A DNA stretch of 64,000 nucleotides from a virus. Every line of letters starts with the position of its first letter. Positions within the stretch are counted from its first letter, which is position 1. Made by a program: the position numbers and the translations under genes. Where the stretch lies: positions 64,001 through 128,000 of IMG/VR virus record IMGVR_UViG_3300017605_001304. One strand, given 5' to 3'. Positions 63,731-64,000 of this stretch are shown piece by piece. The notes under the pieces were generated by a model. That model made no database searches. It was not told where the DNA came from and saw only the letters and a program-made list of their open reading frames with translations.

Positions 63731-64000
63731 CGAAGAAGAACTCCCGCAAGAGGCGATCGATCCCCGCCGAGCTCACGCTGCTGGCGGTCGGCCGAGCGTC
63801 CACGATCTCATGCCACAGTGCATAGAGCCCCTGCGGTTCGACGCCGCTCACGAACGCAAGCTCCGAGGCACTCGGCGGCCTGAGACGTGGACTATCGGCT
63901 ACAGGAAGCTGTCGGTGATCTCGCATCCGATCAGGTGCCTCAAGCTGGTCGAGCCGCGGTTGAACTCGACCTGCATCACGTAGTTGCCCGGTTCCAGGTT

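Noticed and set aside
1-64000. Stop-codon reassignment, tRNA genes, introns or inteins
   Set aside because: Core genes are full length under the standard code and end in TAA, TAG or TGA; no cloverleaf or intein motifs were recognised by eye (tRNAscan not run)

Overview
The window is a GC-rich segment of a large T4-like contractile-tailed phage genome, covering most of its virion morphogenesis region. Almost all structural genes are on the minus strand. From right to left they are: a ~1550-aa acidic, Cys-rich polyprotein; holin-like and u-spanin-like genes; head accessory proteins; a gp21 protease-scaffold fusion; the gp23-like major capsid protein; fibre genes; neck proteins (gp13/gp14/gp15-like); sheath; tube; tail chaperones; tape measure; hub; gp5/VgrG-like spike; PAAR; gp25; and a gp6-like wedge truncated at the left edge. 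Five plus-strand islands of small ORFs interrupt this block. Four of them are preceded by a sigma70-like promoter (TTGACN-N16-TATNNT) and/or a palindrome ACCTGTAWTACAGGT. The most notable candidate system is a set of modular cargo proteins: four ADP-ribosyltransferase-like domains, five copies of an unnamed WxxPxG...H...GW(I/V)R domain, and two PcfJ-like paralogues. They share a short amphipathic tag, E-S-x-R-x-(I/L)-A-x-R-L-F-(L-E), with a glutamate on the cargo-facing side. This suggests a portable capsid-loading signal removed by the Glu-specific prohead protease. No portal, terminase, endolysin, tRNA or CRISPR array was recognised. All family calls come from motif recognition by eye plus gene order, not from database searches.
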